From positions 4,094-68,093 of the forward strand of contig JANNQK010000264.1 of NCBI GenBank assembly GCA_031400715.1: a DNA stretch of 64,000 nucleotides, written 5' to 3'. A program made the position numbers and the translations under genes. The notes beneath the pieces are model-generated. The model worked only from the letters and a program-made list of their open reading frames with translations, ran no database searches and had not been told where the DNA came from. Within the stretch, counting starts at the first letter, position 1, and every line of letters starts with the position of its first letter. The stretch is from Actinomycetes bacterium. Lineage in GTDB: Bacteria > Actinomycetota > Acidimicrobiia > Acidimicrobiales > Ilumatobacteraceae. This document shows, one piece after another, positions 43,690-52,859 of this stretch.

Positions 43690-44328
43690 ATGATCGTGGT
43701 GGGTCTCGTCACGACGCTCGCCGCGTGCACCGGTGGTGACGACACGACGGCGACCAACGATTCGATCGTGCTTCCGGAGAGAGTTCCGGCGACCAGCGTG
43801 TCGGCTGGCCCGGCGGCGACGATCGCCACGTCTTCCATCGCCGACGGAGGGGCGCCAGTCACGGATGCGACGCCATTGGTGACCCCGATCGAGCTCGACC
43901 CATGCCTCGTCGGGAGCTGGACGGCATCGGTCGACACCATCGGGCTGCTGGTTGCCGCGGCGATCCTGCCGGTGAGCGATCTCACCATTGTGGATGGTGG
44001 GTTCGAGGTGATCCTGTCGGCGGATGGCGGGGCGGTCGGCGACGCCGACTTCACGGCAGCGTTCAGCATCGGTGAGTCTCCGGCTCAGGCAGATGTGGCG
44101 TGGTCGGGTTCGGGCACCTGGAGTACGTTCGATGGTGTCGTCACGCTCTCGCTCGACCAGCAGGCGGGTGGCCTGACCGAGGTGCGACTCGATGGTGCCG
44201 TGCAAGCCGGCAGCCAACTCGAGGTCGACCTTCCGCTCTCGGGCGGGACCTACGAGTGCACCGAGACGCGGCTCGAGGTCTCGGCTCGAACAGGCGGGAC
44301 CAGCGTCCCGCTGGTGCTCGATCGCTGA
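43690..44328 (+). CDS. Hypothetical lipoprotein
   Basis: MIVVGLVTTLAACTGG lipobox. GC3-rich. No family was recognised. Confidence 0.5.
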   Translation: MIVVGLVTTLAACTGGDDTTATNDSIVLPERVPATSVSAGPAATIATSSIADGGAPVTDATPLVTPIELDPCLVGSWTASVDTIGLLVAAAILPVSDLTIVDGGFEVILSADGGAVGDADFTAAFSIGESPAQADVAWSGSGTWSTFDGVVTLSLDQQAGGLTEVRLDGAVQAGSQLEVDLPLSGGTYECTETRLEVSARTGGTSVPLVLDR

Positions 44329-44369
44329 CCCGGCGCACGCCGGACACGGACCGACGATCGCTCGTCCTC

Positions 44370-45434
44370 ATGGAACGATCACACCTCTCGGGCACGATCA
44401 CGATCATGCGAACCCATCTGAGCGCGTCGGTCGCAACCTCGACAGCAGTCATGATCGTCCTTGCGTCGGCATGCAGCTCCGACCGAGCCACACGCGACAC
44501 CGGTGTCCCGCCGAGCGCCGCGGCGTCGACATCCACTGCGGCACCGACGACCACTGCGGCACCGACGACCACTGCGTACTCGGTCGTCACACTCGAGGGT
44601 TCGGTCACCGACCAGGCCCGCGATCGTCGGGTGCCATACCTCGTGTATGCGCCCGTCGGCCTGTCGGGTCCCGTCCCTGTGATCCTCGTCAGCCACGGTG
44701 GGATGGGCAACGAACGGGGACATCTGAGTGCGCCGCACCTGGGCAGCACGTTCGCCGCTGGCGGTTTCGTTGCCATTCACGTCGGACACCTGCCGTCGTC
44801 GGCCACCGCTGGCCAGCTCACCGACCGGCCTGCTGATGTGACGTTCCTGGTGGATCAACTCGAGGCCGGTGCGATCGCGATGCCATCGGAGTTCACGGGC
44901 ACGATCGATCTCACGCGTGTCGGCCACACGGGTCACTCCTTCGGTGCGTACACGTCGCATGCGGTCGGCGGAGCCACGTATGCCCGCACCTACCGTGACG
45001 AACGAATCGACGCGATCGCACCTCTCTCGCCGCAGGGCCCCGACCAGTTCGGTGCCTTCGACAACGGACCTGCGGACAGCACGTGGACCACCGTGACCAT
45101 CCCGGCGTACAACCTCATCGGCGGTGCCGAGACCGACGCGAATGCGGTCGACACCATCGTCCGGCCAGGGTGGCGCCTCGTGCCGTTCGAGCGCTATCCG
45201 GGCACGAGCGACACGTTCCGAACCGTGATCGACGGTCAGGAACATGGCGACATGTGGCGGGACGGCAGCGCCGAGGTCAAGGCGTTCATCGCCGAAGAGA
45301 TCCTCGAGTTCATGCAGGTCTACGTCGCCGGCAGCACGATCGACCCATGTGGCATCGGCGTGGGTGCGATCGACTTCGCATCCGTGGAGCGGCATCCAGC
45401 ATCGAGCGGATCGCTCGTACTCGCCTGTGGGTGA
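44370..45434 (+). CDS. Alpha/beta-hydrolase lipoprotein (PAF-acetylhydrolase/dienelactone-hydrolase-like)
   Basis: Lipobox LASACS. GHSFG nucleophile elbow within VGHTGHSFGAYTS. An alternative start lies at 44406. Confidence 0.6.
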   Translation: MERSHLSGTITIMRTHLSASVATSTAVMIVLASACSSDRATRDTGVPPSAAASTSTAAPTTTAAPTTTAYSVVTLEGSVTDQARDRRVPYLVYAPVGLSGPVPVILVSHGGMGNERGHLSAPHLGSTFAAGGFVAIHVGHLPSSATAGQLTDRPADVTFLVDQLEAGAIAMPSEFTGTIDLTRVGHTGHSFGAYTSHAVGGATYARTYRDERIDAIAPLSPQGPDQFGAFDNGPADSTWTTVTIPAYNLIGGAETDANAVDTIVRPGWRLVPFERYPGTSDTFRTVIDGQEHGDMWRDGSAEVKAFIAEEILEFMQVYVAGSTIDPCGIGVGAIDFASVERHPASSGSLVLACG

Positions 45435-45568
45435 CGAGGCTGTGTCGTCAGATACGGTCGACGGCGATGTCGGACTCCCTCCGAACCAACCGCCACACGA
45501 GGAGCGACACCCGCATCGTGGGTGCCTCCGGCCACGGCGTCGGTCCCGCGGCAGGGTGGTGAACTCGA

Positions 45569-46462
45569 ATGCGTGTTCACTTCAGCTCGGCGTACTGCGA
45601 CACGCAGGTCGCGTTCGACACGACTCGTAAGGCAGCGGCGATCGCTCGGTCGCTCGTCGACAAGCCCATCCGTCGTGTTCGACTGGTGGAACCGGAACCG
45701 GCGACTCGCGACCACTTGCTGACGGTGCACGACGCTGCGTACGTCGATGCGATCCTCACGGGAACCCCACGCGAGCTTGCCCTCTCCAACGACCTGCCGG
45801 GGTGGGATGAAGGTCTGGCCCGTGCGGTGTGCGCCAGCACCGGTGGCGTTCGTGCTGCCGCGCTCTACGCCCTCGAGCATCACACCGTGGCGGGTTCGCT
45901 GTCGAGCGGACTGCACCATGCCCGTCACGCATCGGGGTGGGGATACTGCACGGTGAACGGCTTGGCCGTCGCGGCCCGAGCTGCCCTCGACGCAGGCGCC
46001 AGGAGGGTGTTGATCCTCGACCTCGACGCACACTGCGGCGGCGGTACGGCCGATCTGATTCTGCGCCTGAACGGTGTCGAACAGGTGGACGTGTCGGTCG
46101 ACCCGTTCGACTACTACGGCCATCACGAACGCGCTCGGCTGGTGCTCACCGACGGTCCTCGATATCTCCAGACCGTGGAGCGGTCGCTCGATGGGATCGA
46201 GCAACCTGCCGCCATCGACGTCGTGCTGTACAACGCCGGCATGGACCCGCACGAGAGGTGTGACGGTGGGGCTGCGGGCATCAGCGCGCTCACGCTCGAC
46301 CGTCGCGAGCGGATGGTCTTCGCATGGCTGGCGCGCCACCGGCTGCCGGTGGCATGGGTCCTCGCCGGCGGCTATACGAACCAACTGTCGATGGACGAGC
46401 TCGTGAACCTGCATCGCTTCACCATCGGTGCGGCGGCCCGGAGCGCGGCAGAGTTGCACTGA
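45569..46462 (+). CDS. Histone deacetylase-family (arginase/deacetylase fold) amidohydrolase
   Basis: GLHHARHASGWGYCTVNG, RVLILDLDAHCGGGT, and YNAGMDPHERCDGG...AGGY. Confidence 0.75.
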   Translation: MRVHFSSAYCDTQVAFDTTRKAAAIARSLVDKPIRRVRLVEPEPATRDHLLTVHDAAYVDAILTGTPRELALSNDLPGWDEGLARAVCASTGGVRAAALYALEHHTVAGSLSSGLHHARHASGWGYCTVNGLAVAARAALDAGARRVLILDLDAHCGGGTADLILRLNGVEQVDVSVDPFDYYGHHERARLVLTDGPRYLQTVERSLDGIEQPAAIDVVLYNAGMDPHERCDGGAAGISALTLDRRERMVFAWLARHRLPVAWVLAGGYTNQLSMDELVNLHRFTIGAAARSAAELH

Positions 46463-46503
46463 TCTGAACTCAAGCCCGATCGAGGGCGTGCCGATAACCG
46501 CGC

Positions 46504-47043
46504 ATGACTCGATCCAGATCGATCGCTGCGGCGGCTGTCGGCGCACTCGCATTGACCGGATGTGGCGTCATGCCCGGCTTCTACTCCGCTGGGGCAGAGG
46601 ACGACGCGTTGGTCGGCGACTGCGTCGACTTCGTCCAGATGGCGGCATTCTCGGGCGACGAAGCCTCGCGGCGCGTCTGGGACGAGGTTGGTCAGGACGA
46701 GTCGGCACTGCGAGATCGGTGCCGCGACTTGCTCGACTCCGATCGTGGCCAGTTGGAGGACTACGCCGAGCGGAAGCGGATCTTCGTGCGCGACATGAGT
46801 GCGAGCGACACTCGACGCGCCAATGTGATCGACGATGTCACCGGTGGATCGAACTGCAACACGAACTACTCCGGCGTCTGTCTCCCGCTCGACGCGGACG
46901 TGGATTGCCTGCCGGGAGACGGAGACGGCCCGTGGTTCCTCGAAAAGACGGTGTTGGTCCAGGGAATCGACGAGTTCGAACTCGATGACGACGGCGACGG
47001 CCTGGGCTGTGAACCGAACCCGGGCGGAGCGGCGGGCATCTGA
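46504..47043 (+). CDS. Lipoprotein with a two-Cys module and a C-terminal Excalibur-like calcium-binding motif
   Basis: Lipobox ALTGCG. The CVDFVQMAAFSGDE...LRDRCRDL module is also seen in DUF2510 array members 2 and 3. DDDGDGLGCE is Excalibur-like. Confidence 0.55.
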   Translation: MTRSRSIAAAAVGALALTGCGVMPGFYSAGAEDDALVGDCVDFVQMAAFSGDEASRRVWDEVGQDESALRDRCRDLLDSDRGQLEDYAERKRIFVRDMSASDTRRANVIDDVTGGSNCNTNYSGVCLPLDADVDCLPGDGDGPWFLEKTVLVQGIDEFELDDDGDGLGCEPNPGGAAGI

Positions 47044-47539
47044 CTCGGCGCACCCGTTCTGGAACGACCGACGAGTCGGTGCCTGAACCCCGGGTGTGAT
47101 GGCAGGGTCCACCACAGCCCTGCCACCAACCCGTTTTCTTTGGGGGGTTCGTAGCGCCGGATGGTTCCGCCGAACATCCGGCGCTACGCCGTTCATGATG
47201 CGTGAACCTTCCCGATGACGCCATAGGCCGTTGGGACCACTTCTCGCTCGGTGGCGCATCGGTCGACGAGAGCTCCGGCGCCGACGTGGCACCTGTGGTG
47301 CACATGAGATCCCGATCGGGCACCACCCAGCGTGGTGACGGTGCCCGAAGACGGTTCCAGTTCTCACCCTGGCCGTCGATCTGCTCGCTCCGTCCTGCGG
47401 GCGACCGTCATGGAACCGCAATGGAACGAGTCGAAACGTGGCCGATCGACCTCCGATCTGGCGGATGTGACACACGTCGTGCACCGAACGTCATGAAATT
47501 GCAAAACATGACGCGTCCGGAGTGTCCGGTTGTATTACC

Positions 47540-47694
47540 GTTCTCACGTCCCACGGAACGTGGGAGCGAGTCATGTCGGCAACGGATCGTCGCGGTCGAC
47601 ATGTCCTCGTTGGTCGGAATCCTCGCGACGTCAGTCGTCGCACGTCGGGGAATCGGACCGGGTGCGCAGTCGGTGGGCGGGACAGGAGACGGTG
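47540..47694 (+). promoter_or_regulatory. Structured 5' leader of the HupE/UreJ gene (candidate riboswitch, class unresolved)
   Basis: Consecutive hairpins: TCCCACG-GAA-CGTGGGA (47549-47565), and CATGTCG...CGACATG (47572-47603). GGGGAATCGG and ACAGGAGAC elements resemble parts of cobalamin-riboswitch consensus blocks, and the latter overlaps the RBS. Confidence 0.25.
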
Positions 47695-48213
47695 ATGTTG
47701 GGACAAGTGGTGCAGGAGCTCGGAGGGTGGTGGAGCGGCGTGCTCCACCCCTTCGATGGTGCGCACCTGGTGCCCATGCTCATCGTCGGCGTCCTCGCCG
47801 GGGTGGCCTCCACGCAAGGGCGCGAGCCGTGGGTGGGGCCGTTCGCCTACGTCCTGGGCAGCCTGGCCGGCATCCTCGCGGCCGCGATCGGGGTGGGGGT
47901 GCCGTTCCTCGACGGAGCGATCATCGCCGGCCTCGTCGTCGGAGTGGGGTTGATGTTCGCCCCGCCTCCCCGCATCAGCGCTGTGCTCCCACTCGCCGCC
48001 GTGCTCGGTGGCGCGCTGAACGGGCTGTCGTACCGAGACGGTGCCACCTCCACCACCGACCCGGTGTTGTACGTGCTCGGATTCGTGTTCAGCACCGTTC
48101 TGTTGCAGGCCTTCGGTGCGATCACCGGTTCGGTGGTCGGTCGATCGGTGGCGGCGCGTCGCACGGTCGCGGTCTGCGCCGCTGCTGCCGCTGTCGTCGT
48201 CCTCGCCGTCTGA
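47695..48213 (+). CDS. HupE/UreJ-family (Ni/Co) transporter
   Basis: GVLHPFDGAHLVPMLIVGVLAG matches the HP..G.DH...M...G signature. There are six hydrophobic helices. ATG preceded by AGGAG. Confidence 0.7.
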   Translation: MLGQVVQELGGWWSGVLHPFDGAHLVPMLIVGVLAGVASTQGREPWVGPFAYVLGSLAGILAAAIGVGVPFLDGAIIAGLVVGVGLMFAPPPRISAVLPLAAVLGGALNGLSYRDGATSTTDPVLYVLGFVFSTVLLQAFGAITGSVVGRSVAARRTVAVCAAAAAVVVLAV

Positions 48214-48242
48214 CCTCCTCGGCCTCAGGCGCCTCCGGGGCA

Positions 48243-48278
48243 TCAGGGACCTCAGGGACCTCAGGGACCTCAGGGACC
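48243..48278. repeat. 9-bp tandem repeat, 4 copies (TCAGGGACC)
   Basis: Four perfect copies, 30 nt after the HupE/UreJ stop. Confidence 0.9.
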
Positions 48279-48397
48279 TGATGACGCGTCGATGCGAGAC
48301 GTTTCGCACTCAATGTCATCCACATCGACCGGCGCTCCGTACTCCTCGTCGAACCCCCCGGAACCGCACAGGCGGTCGTAGCTCACAAGGAGCCCCC

Positions 48398-49054
48398 ATG
48401 AAGCGTCGTCTCATCACCGCAGCCGTCACGATGTCGGCAGCCCTCGCATTCTCGATCGCCGGCACCGCCAGTGCCGACGAGACCAAGACCATCGTCGAGA
48501 ACGCAAGCGCTGACGAGCAGTTCTCGACCCTCGTCGCCGCCCTCACTGCAGCCGAGCTCACCGGCCCGTTCGACGCCTGCGACGATGCCAAGACGACAGT
48601 GCTGGCCCCGACGAACGCTGCGTTCGAAGCGGCGTTCGCTGCTCTCGGCGTGACCGCGGCCGACGTGCTCGCCGACAAGGAACTGCTCACCACGATCCTC
48701 ACGTACCACGTCGTGTCCGGTGAGGTTCCCGCCGCCACCGTCGTGACGCTCGACAAGGCGACAACGCTGCAGGGTGAGGACATCAAGATCACCGTCGACG
48801 GCGACAAGGTGATGCTGAACGACACCGTCAACGTCGTGGCCACCGATGTGAAGTCCTGCAACGGCATCATCCACGTGATCGATGGCGTCCTGCTGCCCCC
48901 GAGCGTTGTCGCCAGCCTCGCTGCCCAGACCACGGCGATGCCCAACACCGGTGCTGACTCCGGCACGCTCGCCCTCTTCGCTGCAGGCCTGATCGGCGCC
49001 GGCGCACTCGGCATGGTCGGCGCACGCCGCCGCGCCGCTCGCGTCGAGGTCTGA
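48398..49054 (+). CDS. Fasciclin (FAS1) domain protein with a sortase-type C-terminal sorting signal
   Basis: Signal peptide present. TVLAPTNAAFEAA...LTYHVV...NGIIHVIDGVLLPP is a FAS1 domain. The C-terminus has MPNTG, a hydrophobic helix and an RRRAAR tail. Confidence 0.8.
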   Translation: MKRRLITAAVTMSAALAFSIAGTASADETKTIVENASADEQFSTLVAALTAAELTGPFDACDDAKTTVLAPTNAAFEAAFAALGVTAADVLADKELLTTILTYHVVSGEVPAATVVTLDKATTLQGEDIKITVDGDKVMLNDTVNVVATDVKSCNGIIHVIDGVLLPPSVVASLAAQTTAMPNTGADSGTLALFAAGLIGAGALGMVGARRRAARVEV

Positions 49055-49243
49055 CGCATCTCCGGCCGTCACCCCTCGGGCGGCCGGCAGCTCGTCACCA
49101 CGCGGCGCCCCACATCGACTTCGATGTGGGGCGCTGTCGCGTGCCGCCGGAGTTCGCACCCCGACCGGCCGGGCATCCCTCGGATCGTGCCATGGCGCAG
49201 GATCGAGCTGTACGCGGCATCGACGATCGATGAGACTGTCGCG

Positions 49244-51247
49244 ATGACACAGCTCGTCCCGGAGATCGACCGACAGGTCGAGGCACAGATCGAGGCACAG
49301 ATCGAGGTTCAGATCGGCACGGCGGCGGAGGTTCGCCACACCACATGCACCCTCGACTGCCCCGATACGTGTTCGCTCGCGGTGACGGTCACCCGCGACG
49401 CGAACGGCGGTGAGCGCATCACCGACATCGACGCAGCGCCGGGCAACGCCCTCACCGACGGTTGGATCTGCGCCAAAGTCAAGAAACACATGCATCGCGT
49501 GTACGCACCCGAGCGCGTGTTGACGCCGATGATCCGCACCGGCCCGAAAGGGGCCGCCGAGTTCCGCGATGCCTCGTGGGACGAGGCTCTGTCGATCGTC
49601 GCCGCTCGCGTCACGGAGGCGATCGGGGCCGCGGGGCCTGATGCTGTGGTGGCGTTCACCTACAACTCCTCTGCGGGAGCGGTGGAGCGACACAGCATGA
49701 CCGAGGCCCTCTTCGCCGCGCTCGGCTCGACGATCGTCGAGCACACCATCTGCGCGCACACCGTCGGTGCGGCGTGGGAGAGCGTCTATGGCGACATGGG
49801 TTCTGCCGACCCGCTCGATGTGGTGAACGCCCAACTGGTGATCATCTGGGGCGCCAATCCCACCGTCTCCAACACCCACCTCCCACCCCTCGTTCAACGA
49901 GCCGTCGAGCGCGGGGCCAAGGTGGTGGTCATCGATCCGCGACGGACCGCGATGGCCAAGCGGGCCGACCTGCACCTCGCCATCCGACCGGGCACCGACA
50001 CTGCCCTCGCGTCTGCGATCGCGAACCACTGGCGCACGAACGGGTACGTCGATCGTGCGTTCATCGATGCCCACGCAACAGGCGCAGAGGAGCTGTTGGC
50101 ACACAGCGAGGAGTGGTCGCTGGAACGAGCTGCCGACGTGACGGGTCTCACCGCTGCCGACATCGCCACCCTGGCCGACTGGTGGGGCACCACGCGCCCA
50201 TCGATGCTGCGCCTCGGCTGGGGTCAGGAGCGCAACGCGAACGGCGGAGCAGCCTGCCGTGCAATCCTTGCGCTGCCCGTGTTGGGCGGTCACTTCGGCA
50301 TGCCCGGCAGCGGCGTCGTCGGCTCCACCGGAACCTCCGAGATCCGAGCGGAGCAGCGCTGGCCGACCTTCGATCGGCTCGACCGGCGGTCCCTGCCGCT
50401 GCATCAGGTGGGAGCGTGGATGGCCCCGGGTTCGACCGACCCGTGCACGGTGCTCTTCGTGCAGGGCGCGAACCCAGTCGTGATGTGCCCCGACCAGAAG
50501 GCTGTCGTCGACGCGTTCTCGCGTGACGACGTGTTCACCGTGGTCCACGAGCAGGTGCTCACGGACACCGCCCGCTACGCGGACGTGGTGCTGCCGGCCA
50601 CCACGGCGTTCGAGATCGCTGACGTCACCTCCGGATACGGCACCTACTCGGTGCAGCCGGTGCGGCCGGTGATCGACCGTGTGGGACAGAGTCGCTCGAA
50701 CGACGAGACCGGCCTTGCGTTGGCCCGCGCCTTGGGCTTCGACTGGGAGCCACCGTCGATCGACGTCGTGGTCGACGACCCGGGCCCGCGCGTGGTCGAC
50801 GAACCGTGTCGACAGTTCGTCGACACCATGCCCCACGGTGGTCGAGCGCGGCTGGTCGATCCCGACCATGGCCTGCCTCGATACGTGCCCGTGCACTCGT
50901 CGCACCCGCTCAGGTTGATCAGTCCTGCGTCGTCGAAACTGGTGAACTCGATGTTCGGCGAGTTCCAGAGCCCGTCACCTGCCATCGTGTTGCACACCGC
51001 GGATGCCCGCTCACGCGGTTTGGTCGCCGGCCAACAGGTACGGGTGTTCAACGACCTGGGCTCGATCGTGGTGCCGCTCGAGGTGCACGACGACACTCGG
51101 CCCGGGGTGGCCGTCATGAGCAAGGGCGTGTGGCTGCGTCACCACGGCGACGGCTGGGGTGTGAACGCGCTCACCCCCGCCACGGGCGACTCCCTGGTGA
51201 ACGGAGCCTGCTTCAACGATGCCTCGGTCGAGGTCGAATCCGTCTGA
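49244..51247 (+). CDS. Molybdopterin (bis-MGD) oxidoreductase
   Basis: N-terminal Fe-S motif CTLDCPDTCSL. A long molybdopterin oxidoreductase body follows, with a C-terminal molybdopterin dinucleotide-binding region. Confidence 0.8.
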   Translation: MTQLVPEIDRQVEAQIEAQIEVQIGTAAEVRHTTCTLDCPDTCSLAVTVTRDANGGERITDIDAAPGNALTDGWICAKVKKHMHRVYAPERVLTPMIRTGPKGAAEFRDASWDEALSIVAARVTEAIGAAGPDAVVAFTYNSSAGAVERHSMTEALFAALGSTIVEHTICAHTVGAAWESVYGDMGSADPLDVVNAQLVIIWGANPTVSNTHLPPLVQRAVERGAKVVVIDPRRTAMAKRADLHLAIRPGTDTALASAIANHWRTNGYVDRAFIDAHATGAEELLAHSEEWSLERAADVTGLTAADIATLADWWGTTRPSMLRLGWGQERNANGGAACRAILALPVLGGHFGMPGSGVVGSTGTSEIRAEQRWPTFDRLDRRSLPLHQVGAWMAPGSTDPCTVLFVQGANPVVMCPDQKAVVDAFSRDDVFTVVHEQVLTDTARYADVVLPATTAFEIADVTSGYGTYSVQPVRPVIDRVGQSRSNDETGLALARALGFDWEPPSIDVVVDDPGPRVVDEPCRQFVDTMPHGGRARLVDPDHGLPRYVPVHSSHPLRLISPASSKLVNSMFGEFQSPSPAIVLHTADARSRGLVAGQQVRVFNDLGSIVVPLEVHDDTRPGVAVMSKGVWLRHHGDGWGVNALTPATGDSLVNGACFNDASVEVESV

Positions 51248-51324
51248 CCCCTTGATCTCGTCGTGCAATCGGCTCGCTGAGCCAGGGGTTTCGCAACCAG
51301 AACCAACGGGCGTAGCGTCGCGTC

Positions 51325-51846
51325 ATGGCGACCCTCGTGCTCACGGTGATCGGCGACGACCGATCAGGTCTTGTCTCTGCACTCTCGGGCGTGATCGCGG
51401 CCCACGGCGGCAGCTGGGAACGCAGCCAGATGGCGCGCCTCGCCGGCAAGTTCGCCGGCATCGTGCTCGTCACGGTGCCCGACAGCCGCGCCGACGAACT
51501 GATCCGGCAGTTGCAACCGCTGCGGTCCGATGGGCTGCTCGATGTCACCGCTGAACGCAGTCACGATGCCGACAGCCCGTCGAGCGCGACGAGGCTGTCG
51601 CTCGAGCTGGTCGGCGCCGACCGACCTGGCATCGTGCACGACATCTCCCGCGTCCTCGCCACTCGAGGCGTGAGCATCGAGGAACTGCGAACCGCGACCC
51701 GTGAGGCGCCGATGACCGGCGGCATGCTGTTCGAGGCACGCGCCACGCTCCTCGCACCGTCGGGCGTTCCGATCGGCGACCTGCGCGAGGTGCTCGAACA
51801 ACTCGCCAACGAGCTGATGGTCGACATCGAGCTCACCCCCGACTGA
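51325..51846 (+). CDS. GcvR-like tandem ACT-domain protein
   Basis: LTVIGDDRSGLVSALSGVIAAHGGSW and LELVGADRPGIVHDISRVLATRGVSIEEL form two ACT-like halves. Confidence 0.7.
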   Translation: MATLVLTVIGDDRSGLVSALSGVIAAHGGSWERSQMARLAGKFAGIVLVTVPDSRADELIRQLQPLRSDGLLDVTAERSHDADSPSSATRLSLELVGADRPGIVHDISRVLATRGVSIEELRTATREAPMTGGMLFEARATLLAPSGVPIGDLREVLEQLANELMVDIELTPD

Positions 51847-51908
51847 GCACGTGCGGTGGTTGTCGACACCGCTGCGGGGTGTGAGCGCGACATCGTACGA
51901 TCGGCGCA

Positions 51909-52175
51909 ATGTGCCGCAACATCACCACGCTGCGCGGGCTCGATCCGGGGGCGACTCCGGTGGAGATCGAAGCCGCCGCCCGTCAGTACGTCCGCAAGGT
52001 GAGCGGGGTGCAGAGCACGTCGGTCGCCACCATCGAGGCCTTCGAGCGGGCCGTCCGGGTGATCGCCGACGCGACCACTCAGCTGCTCGTCGAGCTGCCA
52101 CCGCGCAAGCAACCACCGCCCACGGTGCCGCCGCTGCGACGCATCGCGATCAGGCAGGCCGCCACCGCGACGTGA
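51909..52175 (+). CDS. DUF2277-family protein
   Basis: MCRNITTLRGLDPGATPVEIEAAARQYVRKVSG is the characteristic DUF2277 N-terminus. Confidence 0.65.
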   Translation: MCRNITTLRGLDPGATPVEIEAAARQYVRKVSGVQSTSVATIEAFERAVRVIADATTQLLVELPPRKQPPPTVPPLRRIAIRQAATAT

Positions 52176-52179
52176 CGGC

Positions 52180-52812
52180 TCAGATGTCGACGACCACCAG
52201 GCGCGGCGGGGTGTAGTGCAGCCTGCGGAGGCCGAACTTCACCATCGGCGCCATCACCAACACCCACACGAACGTGCCGACGCCGAACGCGCCGCCCGCA
52301 ATCGCACCGATCACGACGGGCAGTCCATCGCTGATCCATCGGGCAGGCACCACGTCCATCCCTCGCGCCACCAAGCCGAGCATCAGCACCTCCGTCGGCC
52401 CAGGGCCGAGCTCGGTGGGGATCACCAGGCAGATCGCCACGGCGATGATGAGCAGCCCGCCGACGAACAGGGGGATGCGTGACGCGAGGAGCTCCTGTTC
52501 GGGGATGAGGTCGAGCACGAGGTTGACGAGTGGACCGATCACCAACGTGCCGGCGATGCAGGCCCACCCGAGCCGAGCTCCCATGGCTCGGCCGACACCG
52601 AAGAACACGATCGAGTTGACGATGAAGCAGACCCCGAACGACCATCCGGCCCACTCGCTGAGCCCGGTGTTCAACACGTCGAACGGCGATGCGCCGAGCT
52701 CCGCTCGAAGGATCATCGGGATGCCCACACCCACCGCTGCCCATGATGCGAACAACCGGGTGAGGCGGCTCGGGGTCGACAGCCGGTGCTGGCTGGAGTC
52801 GTCGGGGCGCAC
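52180..52812 (-). CDS. YczE/YitT-like integral membrane protein
   Basis: It has a GTG start at 52812. GASPFDVLNTGLSEWAGWSFG and multiple TM helices. The upstream 345 aa of track ORF 52180..53847 is an antisense shadow of the DegT gene. Confidence 0.5.
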   Translation of the reverse strand: MRPDDSSQHRLSTPSRLTRLFASWAAVGVGIPMILRAELGASPFDVLNTGLSEWAGWSFGVCFIVNSIVFFGVGRAMGARLGWACIAGTLVIGPLVNLVLDLIPEQELLASRIPLFVGGLLIIAVAICLVIPTELGPGPTEVLMLGLVARGMDVVPARWISDGLPVVIGAIAGGAFGVGTFVWVLVMAPMVKFGLRRLHYTPPRLVVVDI

Positions 52813-52859
52813 GCTGGTCGACGGTATCGGTGTGTGACCGAACCTCCACGAGCGCGGTG

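Noticed and set aside
48383-50905. An 840-aa minus-strand ORF spanning the fasciclin and molybdoenzyme genes.
   Set aside because: It is antisense to two genes with clear family signatures. No motif is recognisable in it.
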